A DNA stretch of 64,000 nucleotides. Source: Takakia lepidozioides. Lineage: Eukaryota > Plantae > Bryophyta. Location: assembly GCA_030704615.1 (NCBI GenBank), contig CM060732.1:43462001-43526000 (forward strand). Direction: 5' to 3'. The position numbers were made by a program, and so were the translations under genes. Below, piece by piece: positions 1 through 12,656 of this stretch; the first letter of the stretch is position 1, and every line of letters starts with the position of its first letter. A model generated the notes under the pieces. It was not told the origin of the DNA, ran no database searches, and saw nothing but the letters and a program-made list of their open reading frames with translations.

Positions 1-269
1 TTGTTATCCAAACCCCACATTCGTTGCACATTTGGAACTTTCCAGGTGCGCATGATCATTGGTAGTAGTATATAGATACATTTACTTAATCTGCAATCCC
101 ATTCTCGGATCCTGTGGCATGCTTCCAGGAAGTCGGCTTTGTTATTGGGTTTATTGATGAGGTTCTGATTAACGGTTTAACAGTTGCCGACACTGCCCCT
201 ATGGATTCTCTGACCACTGGGCCCACAAGAAAAGTAATGGGAAGTTGGTGAAATATTGTTTCCAAAACC

Positions 270-3200
270 GTGATGAGACGGCTCATATCAGAGTGGAGAG
301 TGCGTCCTGGTCGATACAGAGTACTTGGAGAGCCTCGGCGAAAGTCCCTTGGGTCATATGTGACGCCCGGGACTGCTGCTTCGGTCGTTGAAGACAAGAG
401 GGAGGTGGTGGTGAAAAAAGAACAGACTTCCTCCACTCCAATCGTTGAGCTTTCGGATTCTTCCGATGATGACATAAGTGAAATTCCAAATCCAGTCCTT
501 CCTACTGTGGTTGCAGAAGCTGATGAAGAAGAGATTTGTAGTGTCATTCCAAAATTGCGGGCGATGGGAGGAATGGCTGGATTCAAAAGTGAGTTGCGGG
601 GAATTGATTGGGAATCTTTGAAGCAGGTGCCTGTGAAGTTCTTGCCGGAGACTTTTGATGGCGATATCCTATTCGAGCTGCCTCCTCCTCCGCGAGTTGG
701 AGGTGTAACAATCATGATGCATGGAATGGACAAGAAACACGACGGGCACCCGTGGTGCAGAACAAAAACATCCAATATTCAGAATGATGACAAGCTTGTT
801 TTCAGGAGGACAGTTTGCAATGGACACCTTAGGTGTGATAATTTGAATTGCAGACACTTTCTTCAGTCTGGAGTTCATAATCAAAGCGAATGGGAGGGTC
901 TGGCGGAGAATCCATTTCAGCCTGGGACTGCCCCTCCACCGGCAAACACTTTCGTCTGCAAATTCTGCAAACTTGTGCCATCCTGCTTGGCGCTCTACGG
1001 AGCAAGAATGTACTATGTTGTCCACCGTTTGAATACAATGACGAGAGCTTGTGTGCATTTTGGATTCCATAACCATCCTGTCTTGAAGGGGGATTACAGG
1101 GAGAGTGTTGAGACAGTATCGAGGTTGATCAAACAGGAGTTCGGGAGAAACCCATCCGCAACAACATCTGCAATTGCTCTTGGCGCAAGCAAGTCCTTCT
1201 TGGAAAGCCATATTTTGAGTGAAGGAGATTCTGTGGGGACTAAACTTGACGGTGCAGCATTGGACCTGGTCATGGATCATTTCTCCACTTTAAGTTCACC
1301 TAACATTCGGCATCAGATCAATGCATTGAGAATGGGCTCTGGGATCAGAGGCTACATAGACAATATTTTGGAATTGAAACGACTGAGCAAGTACGATTAC
1401 ATCCAGGACAATGTATTCCCAGGTCAAGGTGCCATCAAAGTTTTTCTTTTCAAAATGTCGACTGTTGGGGATGGCAGTGGGGTTAGCCTCGTGAAGCGGA
1501 TGCAGAAGACTGGGGACTTGCAGAACTGTTTTCTTATGTTTGATCATGTGAAATGAGTGAAGGATTGGACGACAATGGCTTGTCATGTCTACGATCCAGT
1601 GTACCAACGAGTTATGACAATTGCAGTTTGTGACATGCAATCCGAGGATACGGAATCCCAGAAGCTCATGTGGAATTCCCTGATACGTGTCATGGGCTGC
1701 CATGGGCTGCCATCTCCAAATTTCGCAGGTTTCATGGCGGATAGTGCTCAAGCAAATTTCAATGCTATTCGTATTGTCTTCAGATCGGGCGACCCAAAAG
1801 TGCCTATGCCAGGAAGAGAGCGTACATGTCTATTCCATTGGACACAATCTCTGGAAAAACATACAAAGTCGGACATCAAACCAGAGATGCAGACTCAGCA
1901 CCGTAAATTGTGCAAAGAGTACAAAGATGCTAGAACAATGAAGGAGGCGGACACTTTGTTCCAGACAATTCGTGCCTGGTGGTTCTCTTCTGGAGCTGCA
2001 TCACTTGAGAGTATGAGAGCATTGGAAGATTGGCTGGCGTTTTGGCACTTCCGGTATAGACAGTGGGGAGCAGCCATGACAATGGTACGAGGCTTCTATT
2101 TCATGCTTTATTCATACATTTGCTTTCCATATTTTTGACTCATTGCTTTCTTTATGTTGTTTCCTGTGCACTATTCTGAAGTGTGGTTATCCTCTTTGCA
2201 GAACATGTCCATTGAGGAAATGGCAGACATGCCATCTTGCAATTTGGCAGAAACTGTGCACAATGCATGGTTGCAGCAGTCTGGGAAACGAGGTCGGGAT
2301 TTGTATGTGGCAACAACAGATGATTTGATACGTGCCTTGCAACAACAAACCCGATACCGTGATTTCTTACGAGGTGGGGTTGGTGGCAAGGGTCCGGACA
2401 AATCGGAGTTGATGTTGCGTGCTGCAAACAGATCTGGGGATCCGATCAAGATAGCACGGGCGGTGAGCATGTATGCCCAGGGAACGCCACTTGTTTCTAG
2501 AGTTCCACATCTTGAAGGGGAGGAGAGATTCGGCTCCTGTAAGAGGAAATTGAACACTCCACCTGGTTCGGATTCAGATTCCCACAGGGCAGACCGTGAT
2601 AACTTCTCAAAGCCTCGTGTTCCCCTGCATGACAGCTCCGTGTCCGGAACCTCCATTGTGGAGGAACCTCCAACACGACGGCAAGCTCCAGCATCAAACC
2701 GTGCCACTGAAATGGTGCAGGAGAGAAACAACCCCCTTGATGTGCTTGAGTCCGTATGCCCCGACCACGTTTGGCACATAGAACGCACAAGTGTCGGGTC
2801 TTGTGTGAAATGTACAGCGATCAGGGCAACTAATTTCGAGAAGTGCACTTCATCTATATCCAGAGGTGGTGCCCGAACTCCTGCTCCGACTTTCACGGGC
2901 TTGATGCGTCCATACGGTCAACCAGAAGCCAAGAACCACAAGTTCTGGTTCTGCGCAGATGATTGTGCCAGATGTGTGCATGGAACTGTGCGTCCTTCCG
3001 TAGTGATGAAGCCATCTCCTCCAACCGTTTGGCCCGTGAAGGTGGGAACACATCTCAGCTTTCAGGAGATTGAAATGCTGGAGGAGGCAGGTTTTTCCCT
3101 TGCGAGACAACCCCAACTCCATGCATGTGCTACTACTCCTGCGTCCTCCCGGGTCCCCCCGGCAAATCCTGACTTGTGGCCAACCAAACGAGATGGAAAG

Positions 3201-3587
3201 CTCGTTCGGCGTTTCCCTCCAACCGCTGAACACTTTGGCAAAGTGGAGTCCGCAAGAATGCTCCAAGCTCGTGTCGGAAGCACCACGGAAGTACCCGATC
3301 CAGGATATGGTCGGGTATTCACAATCATCACTTCCACATCTGCTGTTCATGACAGGACCTACGACATCACGGTTTCCAATTTCCCCAATTGCACATGTCC
3401 TGATTTTGTGAATATGCTATCAACCAGTTTGGGCAAGAGAGGTAAATTCATACCCTGCAAACATTTGTATTTCATATTTTTGAGGAGGATGGTTTGCGAT
3501 CCCAAACGTGACAACTTCATTCACCAGGCCACTATGAGTTTCAACGAGGTCGATACTCTTTTGCAGCGGGATACAACACATGGGTAG
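270..3587 (+). pseudogene. MULE transposase with N-terminal GCM/WRKY-like Zn finger, DDE core and C-terminal SWIM finger; premature stop at 1554-1556; intron 2085-2201
   Basis: ORFs 270-1556 and 1557-2138 are in one frame, split by a single TGA. A GT..AG intron joins them in frame to ORF 2154-3587. Motifs: DGHPW..C.GHLRC.N..C..C..C..H...H.HP, MFDHVK, FMADSAQAN, CLFHW, NLAET, SWIM CTCPDF..CKH. Confidence 0.85.
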
Positions 3588-4039
3588 CATGAACTATGTA
3601 ATGTGGTATGTGGATGACCATGATTTGAAATGTGTAATTCACATCAATTCGTCGGCTGTGCAATGATATGGCCTCCAACTATACGGAGTGAGGTCTGAGT
3701 GACAACTTTTAGGTAGTGCACATTTGTCATTGCACCGTTCGAAGTCTACATGTCTTGCTGTCGCTATGCACTACAATCATCTTTTGAAGATGATCATAAC
3801 TCTCATTGTTATTTGAGGAGGGAGGAAGTCTTCTCGTGGCAGCCTTTATGGCGCACACTTTGTGAGGATATTTTGTCGTCTTCGTAATTGTAAAAGTGAA
3901 ACAAACATTTGTAATTGCACAATGTTGGATGCTGCAATTGTAGGCCTCAACGCTCGTCTTGATTCTATTTAGGCAAGATTCCCTGCATTAATTCCACGGT
4001 CATAGGACCATCCACGGTTATAGGCGGCGCATGTTAATG

Positions 4040-4237
4040 CTGACGTGGCAGTTGACGGACAGTGCCACGTCATCATTTACCGCCACATCAGCATGCTGAC
4101 ATGACGCTCACGCCACGTCAGCATGTGTGCAGGCTCACGCCACGTCAGCTGGCGTGAGCGTACGCTCACGCCACGTCACTCCTGCGTGAGCGTACGCTCG
4201 CGCGCTCACGTGCAACGCTCACGCCATTGCGTCGTTG
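4040..4237 (+). repeat. MULE-A subterminal repeats (GCCACGTCA / CGCTCACG motifs)
   Basis: Clustered direct and inverted GCCACGTCA, TGACGTGGC and GCGTGAGCGTACGCTC motifs. Related arrays occur at 20742-20900 and 23400-23550. Confidence 0.75.
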
Positions 4238-4601
4238 TAGTCTGTCCAGCAGTCTGCTGGAAGAGTTGCAGGGATGAGGTGGAAGTGTGGTGAGCAGACT
4301 TTAGGAGTGGGCAGCAGACTGACCAGCAGACTGGCTTACTGGCGTTCGCAGTCTGTTGACTGTGACTCTGTTGGGAGACTGTGCGTGAGTCCGTTGGGAA
4401 ACTATGCTTGGGAGACTGTGTGGGAGTCAGTTGGGAGACTGTGCAGAAGTCCATTGTGGGACTCTGCAGCCGTCTGATGGGAGTTTGTGCCGAAGTGTGC
4501 TGGGATTGTGGAGACTGGAGGAGTCCGTTGGGAGACTGTGCATGAGTCCATTGCGGACTTGTATTTCAGAAAGGGACAATGCTATCAGAGGAATTGCAGA
4601 C

Positions 4602-7600
4602 TTATATTGTCTTCTTCGTGACACCTACACGACCTGAAACCTTGCGAATTTTTGAGTATATATGTGCTGCAGGTGCAGGTGCAGACACCCTCTTACTGGT
4701 TGTCCGCAAAACCCTAGGCCAAGTTTTCCAGGCCTCCACGAAATCTCGTCTCCTTTTCAGAGACATGTTGTTGTTGTTGTTGTTCAGAGAACAGAAAGCC
4801 TTCGCTACCGCAAGGTGCAACATTCCAGCCGCACTTTTCGCCAGGATATCAACAAGCTGCCCTCTGCACATATGAAGAGCAGATCGGGCATGTGCCTCCA
4901 GGTATTTGTCATCACCTACAATGCAAAGTATGTCCGCAAATTCTTGTTCCATTGAGGCTGAGACCTCCAGAGGTGCCTCATCATAGGGGAAATCGTCCGG
5001 AGGATGTCTTTCCAAGAACTGATTGGATTCGTCGTTGCCGCCGGCACCATTGCCCAAGAGCAAGTTAGGTAATCCTCCATGAATGGTTCCGAGCGCCGTG
5101 CCACAAGCGCGCACAAGGAGGCCATCTTGCAGGTCAGGGTGAAGCATCTTCAGGACACGGACCTGATGCTTGCATAAGTTTCCATTTATTGCCCATGGGC
5201 ACGTGCAACAAGCCCAATCGCAATCAGGATTGTAAACAATGTATGTTGTGTCAGGGTGGTTGCTGCTGAGAATGTAGGCTGGTTCACCAGGACCCAAGGG
5301 AAGAGTAACACTCTCAGCAGGAATGTCTCGTGCCGCAAGTATAGAACTGGATATGTACTTTTTGTGTTTGTCATTTCTTATGAACCCATGGGTCTTTAAA
5401 TGGATTGCGTACCAGTAGTGTATTAGCACACGGCCAGTGAGTTCCCATATAAGCCAGTCCACTCTACAACCACTCATCTTGCCTTTCCCCATGGCAAGTC
5501 TTGCCTTCAGATTTCCATGGTATGCCTCAATGCTTGCGTTTGTGTCTTGGTTCGCATGAGGGACATGGCGGGCTGTTGTACACCACATTGCTATTTTGGG
5601 CTTCCAGTACTGTTCGATATAGTCAAGAAATTCATGTCTTTTCGGGTATTTTGACCTCATACGACGGATTCTCCTTGCAACCCACCGAAGCGCTCTTTTC
5701 TCGTTGCTTGGTCCCCCTCTACAGTACATGAGGTCTCCCATATCCTTCAACAAGTTTACAGCGGTCACCGGATCCTTTGTTTTCTTGCATGATTGCTTCA
5801 CCCATGCCTTGCGGACATGCCAAAGGCAGAGAAAAATGAATACTCCTTAAAAAACAATTCTGCACAACACACATGGTACACATTAGAGTCTTGGGATCGG
5901 ACTGCAATGGTGGACTGCCGGAGTGGACTGTAACAGCGACCTGTATCAGCGGGCAGAGCCACTGGACTCGCCCAGTGGACAGTACAATGCCATGACGTTG
6001 ATGTGCTGGAATAACCCCATTGGACTACCCATTGGACTTCCCCTAGCTAGAACTGGGGCAGCGGACTGCCGAGCGGACTTGCCAGGGACTGCCGAGTGGA
6101 CTTGGCAGCGGACGACCGACCCCAGGGACTGCTGAGTGGACTTGCCATCGGACTTGGCAGCGGACTGCCGAGCGGACTTGCAGGGGACTGATGAGCAGAC
6201 TTGACAGCGGACTACCAGTGGATTTGCCCAGCGAACTGCCATCGGGTTTCGCCACAGGAGTCTGCCAGTGGACTGTACCAATGGACTGCTGCAATGGACC
6301 TCGACAATGGACCGGTACTGTGGACCAATAGACTTACCGAATAGCGTTGATTTCTGCTTCAGCATCGTCCACAATGAAGGCATTGGGTCGCCAGCTCGGC
6401 AAATCTGCGAGGAGTGAATCACACAAGCCTCTCATCCACGGAACCAGGTCTGTTGTCCGATTCCTCGCGGATAGGATATAGACAACTGGTATACCGTTCA
6501 ACCACTCGTCGAAGACCATCAACGTGTACAATGGGAACTGTTGGAATGCATAATGTAAGATGGTCAGAGCATGCAAATTCCGCTCAGTTCTGCACGAGAA
6601 GACTTCATAAGAGTGATGAGGTCTGCAGCGGTTCACAATGGGTCTGCCCCTTGATCTTTTGCAACGTACACATGAAAACATACAGAAAGGGTCAGCACAC
6701 CAAATTTTATGTGAATGTTGCATGGTACTATGCTATCATGCTCGTACAAGTCCATGGAATCGTTCGAATAGTACCTTGTCATGATTTGTCCCAAAGGTTG
6801 CATCACATGCAACGATACGGTCATGTCATAGTTCCAGCATTCGTCTTTTCTGCCACGGAGTCTGTATGCCAATAGTGAATGTCAAATCTCCATCAAAATG
6901 CTCGAATGTTGGCTCTAATTTCTCCTCTTGATAGAAAAAAACAGACGCAGGATTCTGGTCTCTCCACATGCGCACACTCTCCGCATCATCGGCGTGCTTT
7001 TTGAAAGTTTGTCACGCACGTTTCTCGGCAAGGTTGCGAACATCTTGCTCCAACAAGAAATCATCGTGGGTCCATGCATCGCCCAAGCCGGTGTTGTTCA
7101 TCACGTGCTCTTTATGCTCCATCATGATTTGGGCGACCGACAGGCCTCGGCACAAACACTCGACGACCCAGGCTTTCAATTCCTCGCTATTGTGTGGTGC
7201 ATAGGCGTGGCGGATGTTCATGTACTCTGCGGACTTCCCATGCGAGGGTTTCCCTTGCGCATCTGTATGCTCCATGTTGTTGTAGTACGTGAGGACACAG
7301 ATGTCAGGGGCGAGATAGCATTGCTGGACCTTGAAACAACATTGGCAACCACGCTTGTAAGACTCTCCATACTCCGACTTCTTTATCCTTGGGCCTTTAT
7401 GAGGGCAAGATGTTCTAGCACCCACAAGAGGTCCTCCACGCTTCTGTTTTGGATCCTCCACTATTGCCTTCTTGGTGCGCTTGTCATCAGGACCATAGCA
7501 GCATTGATACCTGGACAGAAAATTCTAAATCGATATCCAACGACTTGAGGAAGCATAAAATCAGAGAACTCGTGAAACAAAAAATGGCAACCGACATGCA

Positions 7601-7957
7601 ATGAAACGTCAAAAGGACTGAGGATGGTGCACACATAATACTGGACAGAAATGTGTTGGCTCTGGGTGCTTTTCGCGAGCCGGGTTCCACTTTAGAATGG
7701 ACATTCACCCAAAACTGAGTGGGGTAGTCCTCCAAACTCTCGTCTCCCAGGACAAAGTCACCAACTCTATCCCAAGGTATGCAGGTCTTTTCAACATTCA
7801 CTCGCACACCCATAAACCCATATTGTGTCTCACTCTTCTAATGGAGATCCTTCATGTTGAAGGGTCCTGGTTTTGCTGTTTGCAAACATTATCGAAGAGG
7901 CCGTATAAGCGGGCTTTCCGTGATCAGTATATCATCGGGTTTTGCTTCCATGTCCAT
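4602..7957 (-). pseudogene. Multi-exon MULE/SWIM transposase with several in-frame stops
   Basis: Motifs: IPWDRVGDFVLGDE, KRGCQCCF..H....PSHG, FPLYTLMVFDEW..GIPV, FIVDDAEAE, CLWHVRKAW, DTNASIEAYH, SWIM CTCPW...GNLCKH. ATG at 7957 is in frame with ORF 7487-7813 across two stops. Intron 5860-6337. Confidence 0.8.
5898..6335. repeat. Degenerate (G)GACTG / GCGGACT repeat array inside a MULE-B intron
   Basis: Dozens of GGACT-core units about 11-12 bp apart. Same core as the subterminal repeats at 8165-8355. Confidence 0.75.
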
Positions 7958-8164
7958 GCCATATACAGTACAAAGGACACGCTTCTGAACAGGCAAGAAA
8001 CGCGCCGCAGTACAGGACACGATTGACAACGTGCCAGGAGAACAGTGCGCACGTTCGCGGCTGCTGGCAAGTGGCAGGCGGCAGGGATAAAGGTTTGAAT
8101 TGCAGCCCTAAAAATGGAGGGCTCGAATGGGTTATAGGAATGGACGGTGGCGATCTTGCGCCGT

Positions 8165-8355
8165 CAGCGGACTCGATGGCAGGGGACTGGCCAGCGGACG
8201 GGCGGGCAGATTGGCGGACTGGCAGACTGCTGGGCAGCGGACTGGCCAGCACCGGACTGGCAGGCAGACTGGCGGACTCGCAAACTGTTGGGCAACAGAC
8301 TGGCCAGCAACGGACTGGCAGACTGGAGGGCAGCGGACTCATGGGCGGGGGACTG
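8165..8355. repeat. MULE-B subterminal GCGGACTGGC/AGACTGGC repeats
   Basis: Short direct repeats just inside the putative terminus at 8440. Confidence 0.7.
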
Positions 8356-9577
8356 GCCGCGCGGCGGATAGGGGCGCGGGCGGGGTGCTGGGGAGCCGGG
8401 CGTCCGTGCGCGGGGCCCACTGGCCACATCGCACGTACCCATTGAAGACCCTATTATCTTAAAATGAGAGGCTTTACATAGGCTGTCAATATGTCCAGAT
8501 ATCATATTGTATTTACTCTCATTTGTCCCCATGACTTCAATAGAGACGTGGAGACATACAATGAACAGCGGCCCACCATTTTTCAGACAGCTGGAAAGCG
8601 AAGACCACTAGGGAAGACAGACATAAGAGCATCCCCACCCTTCTCACTGAAGGCACGTTCACACGATAGAACTCCGTTCGTCCCATCGGGACGTGGCGGC
8701 TGCAGCGGGTGTGGCGGGGCAGGGTCCACCCTCGAGGAACGCGACGACGAGGATGAGACGGACGGCCTGGCCACCGTAAGAAGGTACTTCCCGCTGTCCG
8801 TGCCATCCCCCCGTTCCTTCCCCGTGGCTATTCATGGCTAAACCTGTGTGTAGGGTTTAGCCGGAGGTCTCTTCGTGAGAGCTTCTTTTGCTCTTGCGCA
8901 GGGTTTAGGGTGCAGTTTCCACCAAGCTTTGTTGCATCTTGGTCTCTTTTTTCTTCTCTCCAAAGTCTTGCAAGCCATGGCAGCAAATATACAGAATGTA
9001 AACAGAGTAAAAGAAGAAACCCCTCCAAGCTCATCTTCACCCACATCTGAGCCAAAGATTAACCAAAAAATCAAGTAAATATGCATCATGTACACCTAGT
9101 ACTAACTGTCATAAACAGCTTGTACACTTAGTACTCTCCAGTATAACTCTCATAAGCTTGTACTCCTAGTACTTGCGTAACTCTCACAAGTGTACCAGCC
9201 TGTACACATAGTACGAACAGAGCTCTCACAAAAACAGAGGCAAAATCCCTTGCTTGGGCGTGGCTAAACTCAATGTTGCCTCACATGTGCATATCACGTG
9301 TGAACCTGTTGCACCGTCCCAATGAACGGGAAGAACCGGCAGCCAGTTACATGCCAGCCGAGTGCCATCCTGGAATTTCCGGGTATGACATGAAACCTCC
9401 GGAAAATGAACCGACGGAAAAAATGGCCCAAGAGGAAATCATCCGAGTGCCTGACTCAGAGGACGGATTTTTGTCTTTCCGTATCAGTAAATGCCGGAAA
9501 TATGCCTTAGTTGGCACGCCTGGACGGATTCCAGCCGTTCTTATCTTATAAGAAAACGGAAAATGGCCGTTGAATGC

Positions 9578-9785
9578 TGCCACGTGGCGGAAATCCAGCA
9601 TGCCAGGGCCCAGGCCTGGTTACATCCAACGGACGGGGTCAGGGTGGTTGGGGGCAAACCCTAGAAGAGACTAGAAGAGCCTTGCCACGTGGCGGAAATC
9701 CAGCATGCCAGGGCCCAGGCCTGGTTACATCCAACGGACGGAGCCAGGGTGGTTGGGGGCAAACCCTAGAAGAGCCTTGCACTCG
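9578..9785 (+). repeat. 105-bp tandem duplication in the hAT 5' region; 9774-9880 is also repeated at 10226-10332
   Basis: TGCCACGTGGCGGAAATCC... starts at 9578 and at 9683. GCCTTGCACTCGTTCTTTGCTAAG... occurs twice. Confidence 0.85.
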
Positions 9786-10390
9786 TTCTTTGCTAAGTCC
9801 TTTGCTCACCTGCCGGGCCCGCACTTACCACTGGCTGTATGTTGATGTGCTGCCGACGCTCCCGCCTGCTTGCACTCGCTGCGTGCTACCACACTTCAAG
9901 GCCCAGGTATGAGTCTTTGTTTCATTTGGTTATGTCCTTGCTTTTCCTAGTGAGAGGTTATGACTTTTGCCTTTCGAAGTCTATAGCTACATGACTTTCT
10001 GCATACTTTGTGCTCATCATGCAGTAAAAAGCAAGGGCATTGGTAGGCCTCCCCCTTCGGTTCTTCTACTATTCTTTCGACCACGGTTTCTGTTGCTTTG
10101 CAGCAGGCACAAGCCGTGTCTATTTTGTGTCGGGCAAAGGCGGCTGGGAGGGCTGCATCTCACCTCACACCCATTTCTGACCCACCTCCCCTTTTATTTT
10201 CTGATTTGCTTCAGGCAGTTGGCAGGCCTTGCACTCGTTCTTTGCTAAGTCCACAGCTCACCTGCCGGGGCCCGCACTTACCACTGGCTGTATGTTGATG
10301 TGCTGCCGACGCTCCCGCCTGCTTGCACTCGCTGGCCCTTCCTTGTTGCAATTTCCGTGCTATAAATTTGTATTTTGTAAGGTCTTGGCT

Positions 10391-12656
10391 ATGGCCAAGC
10401 GCCAAAGGAATCTAAGAAATATGTTATTTAGGGCTGGTCGCACTGGTGATTGTGATGAGGAGTCTCCTTCCGCTGTCCCCCCTGCCTCATCTTCAAGTGG
10501 TATGGACAAAGCCATCGAATAGTGTAGAGGCAGCCCATAAAGCATGGAAAGATGTTTGGTACACTCAATTTGATTGGATTGAGTTTAACCATGATCTAGG
10601 TAGGGTTTTTTGTAAAGTTTGTAGAGGGAAAGGAGGGAGGACAGTCTTTGCAAATGCTGGTTCTGTCAATGTCAAGGTGAGTTCATTCCAAGACCATGCT
10701 AGGTCAGAAGAGCATCGTAAGTTCTCTTGGGCCCTACAATCTGGTAAGAAAGCCATGGAGAAAGCCATAGCTAGTGCTAATCGAGCTTGTGATGATGCTG
10801 TTTTGGCTCTTTTCCAAGTTGCTTACTACATTGGTTTGGAGGCCTTGCCATTTAGCAAATTTCCAGGTTTGTGTCAACTTTTGGTTACTCTCAAAGCTTG
10901 TATTACCCAGAAACTGTACCATGATGAGAAGTCATGTGCTGATATATTGTATTGTATCTCATGTGTTGTTCAGAAAAAGGTGTTGGATAGAGTGAAGGAT
11001 TCCAAGTACTATGGAATCATGATAGATGAGTCAACTGACATTTCAGTGACCGGTCATCTTGTTGTTTTTGCTTCTTTTGTTGAAGAGGGTTTGCCAATCA
11101 CTCTGTTTTTGGGATTACTTCAGATTATTGATGGCAAGAAGGATGCCGCAATGATATATGAGTGTTTACTAACTAGTTTGAAAGAGTGGGGTTTGGATGT
11201 AGATAAGTTTTTGGGGTTTGGTTCGGATGAGGCAGCAACCATGGTGGGGGCTCGATCCGGCATGGCTGCTCGTCTTAAGCAAAAGGTAAACCCCTTTATG
11301 TTGGCCGTCCATTGCGTAGCACATAGGACCAACTTGGCAGCATTAGAAGCTGCCAAGACATCAGCATGTCATCTTATTTCAAATGAGGTTGACACACCTT
11401 TGAACTCTCTTGCTGGTCATTTTCGCAAATCATCTAAGCGTAAGGCAACCTTGCAAGCTTTGCAGACCGAGCTTAATGATGCTCAGAAGTGCCTCAAAAG
11501 GTTTCACAAGATTCGTTGGTTATCTAGGTGGCAGGCCGTGACATCGCTTTGTGATAGTCTTGAGAGTGTTGTCATGTATTTTAGAGATGTGCCGGTTGCC
11601 AATGATGATGGATCAGCCCCTCTTTTGTATAACAAGCTTAGATCATTCAAAATGATTTATGTCTTGTATTTTTTGGCTGATATGTTGCACGGTCTATCTC
11701 TACTCTCACGTGTGTTCCAATGGAAGTTTGTGGATGTAACCAGCACTGGGTCCATAGTTAAGACAGAGATTGCACAAATACGAATGTTTTTCATTGAGGA
11801 TAGCACGGATTTGAACCAATCCACCTTCAATGAGGAAATGGATTATCACATCATCCCGGAATTTGGTCCTCCTGGTGGGTATTTGAGGCGGCTAGCCTCT
11901 GAGATTAGGGGATCCAATTTTCATGGTGTACAAATGACACGAGAGAGGATGGGGGGTGATTTGGAGGCAGCACTTACCTTCCAAAAGCTTTATGCAGAGG
12001 CTATTTGCAATGCTTTGGATGCCAGATTTGAGGACAACGGAGTTGTAAGTGCATTCAAAATATTGAGTCCATGTAACCTACCAACTAGGCAAGTGGGGTT
12101 AGCAAGTTGGGGTGTAGTAGAGTTGGAAATATTATGTGCGTACTATGGTGTCGAAAGACATATTGCAGGAAGGACATTGCCTGCCCTTGTTGACATAGCA
12201 GCGGTGAAACGAGAGTTCTTTGCTTTCAAACTACAGGCAAGTACCGAGTGGATGGAGAAAACTTTCAAGGATCTTTGGGGCATGGTGACTTGGAACCCTT
12301 CTCTAACGATGAAGTATGAAAACTTGCTTGTGCTTTCTGAAATTGCTCGAGTTCAATGTGTAAGCACTGCCGCATGTGAGAGGGCATTCTCAGTTCAAAA
12401 CTCAATCAAAACTAAATTTCGAAACAAGTTGAAAACAAAGAACTTGGAAAGTGTGCTTCATGTTGCTTTGGAAGGGCCAAGTGTGCAAGCATGTCAACCT
12501 GTTTTGATTGAGGCCATATCTTTGTGGAAGAACTCCACAAACTTCAGACATTTGTTCTCTCATCCTGAGCTATATTTAGCTGGACAGCCAATAGCTGGAC
12601 AACCAGAAGGTGGGCCATCATATGCAGAAGGTACGAATGATGATTTGCAGTTTTGA
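10391..12656 (+). CDS. hAT transposase (ZNF862-like, TTF-type Zn finger); probable 1-nt frameshift near 10510
   Basis: Zn finger WIEF..FCKVC..DHARSEEH, then IDESTD, SDEAATMVG, CVAH, RW, ACERAFS. The basic N-terminus MAKRQR from ATG 10391 is out of frame with the 736-aa ORF. Confidence 0.85.

Larger units (their letters stand above)
1..4237 (+). mobile_element. Mutator-like (MULE) DNA transposon A; 5' end lies outside the window
   Basis: Contains a MULE transposase. The 3' terminus ...CACGCCATTGCGTCGTTG at 4237 is the reverse complement of the terminus of the TSD-flanked derivative starting at 20742. Confidence 0.85.
4238..8440 (-). mobile_element. MULE B (SWIM transposase of the At4g13970/At1g60560-like clade), interrupted by MULE A
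   Basis: Minus-strand transposase pseudogene, GC-rich putative terminus GGGTACGTGCGATGTGGCC at 8440, and GACTG-rich subterminal repeats at 8165-8355 and 4238-4560. Confidence 0.7.

Noticed and set aside
7932-8532. Several overlapping 70-170 aa ORFs
   Set aside because: Artefacts of GC-rich subterminal repeats. The same applies to ORFs over 5923-6422 and to antisense ORFs over the TE genes.
8500-9250. Possible 5' part of a minus-strand host gene divergent from the PAP phosphatase
   Set aside because: Short ORFs in several frames with no recognisable motif; I could not build a supported gene model.
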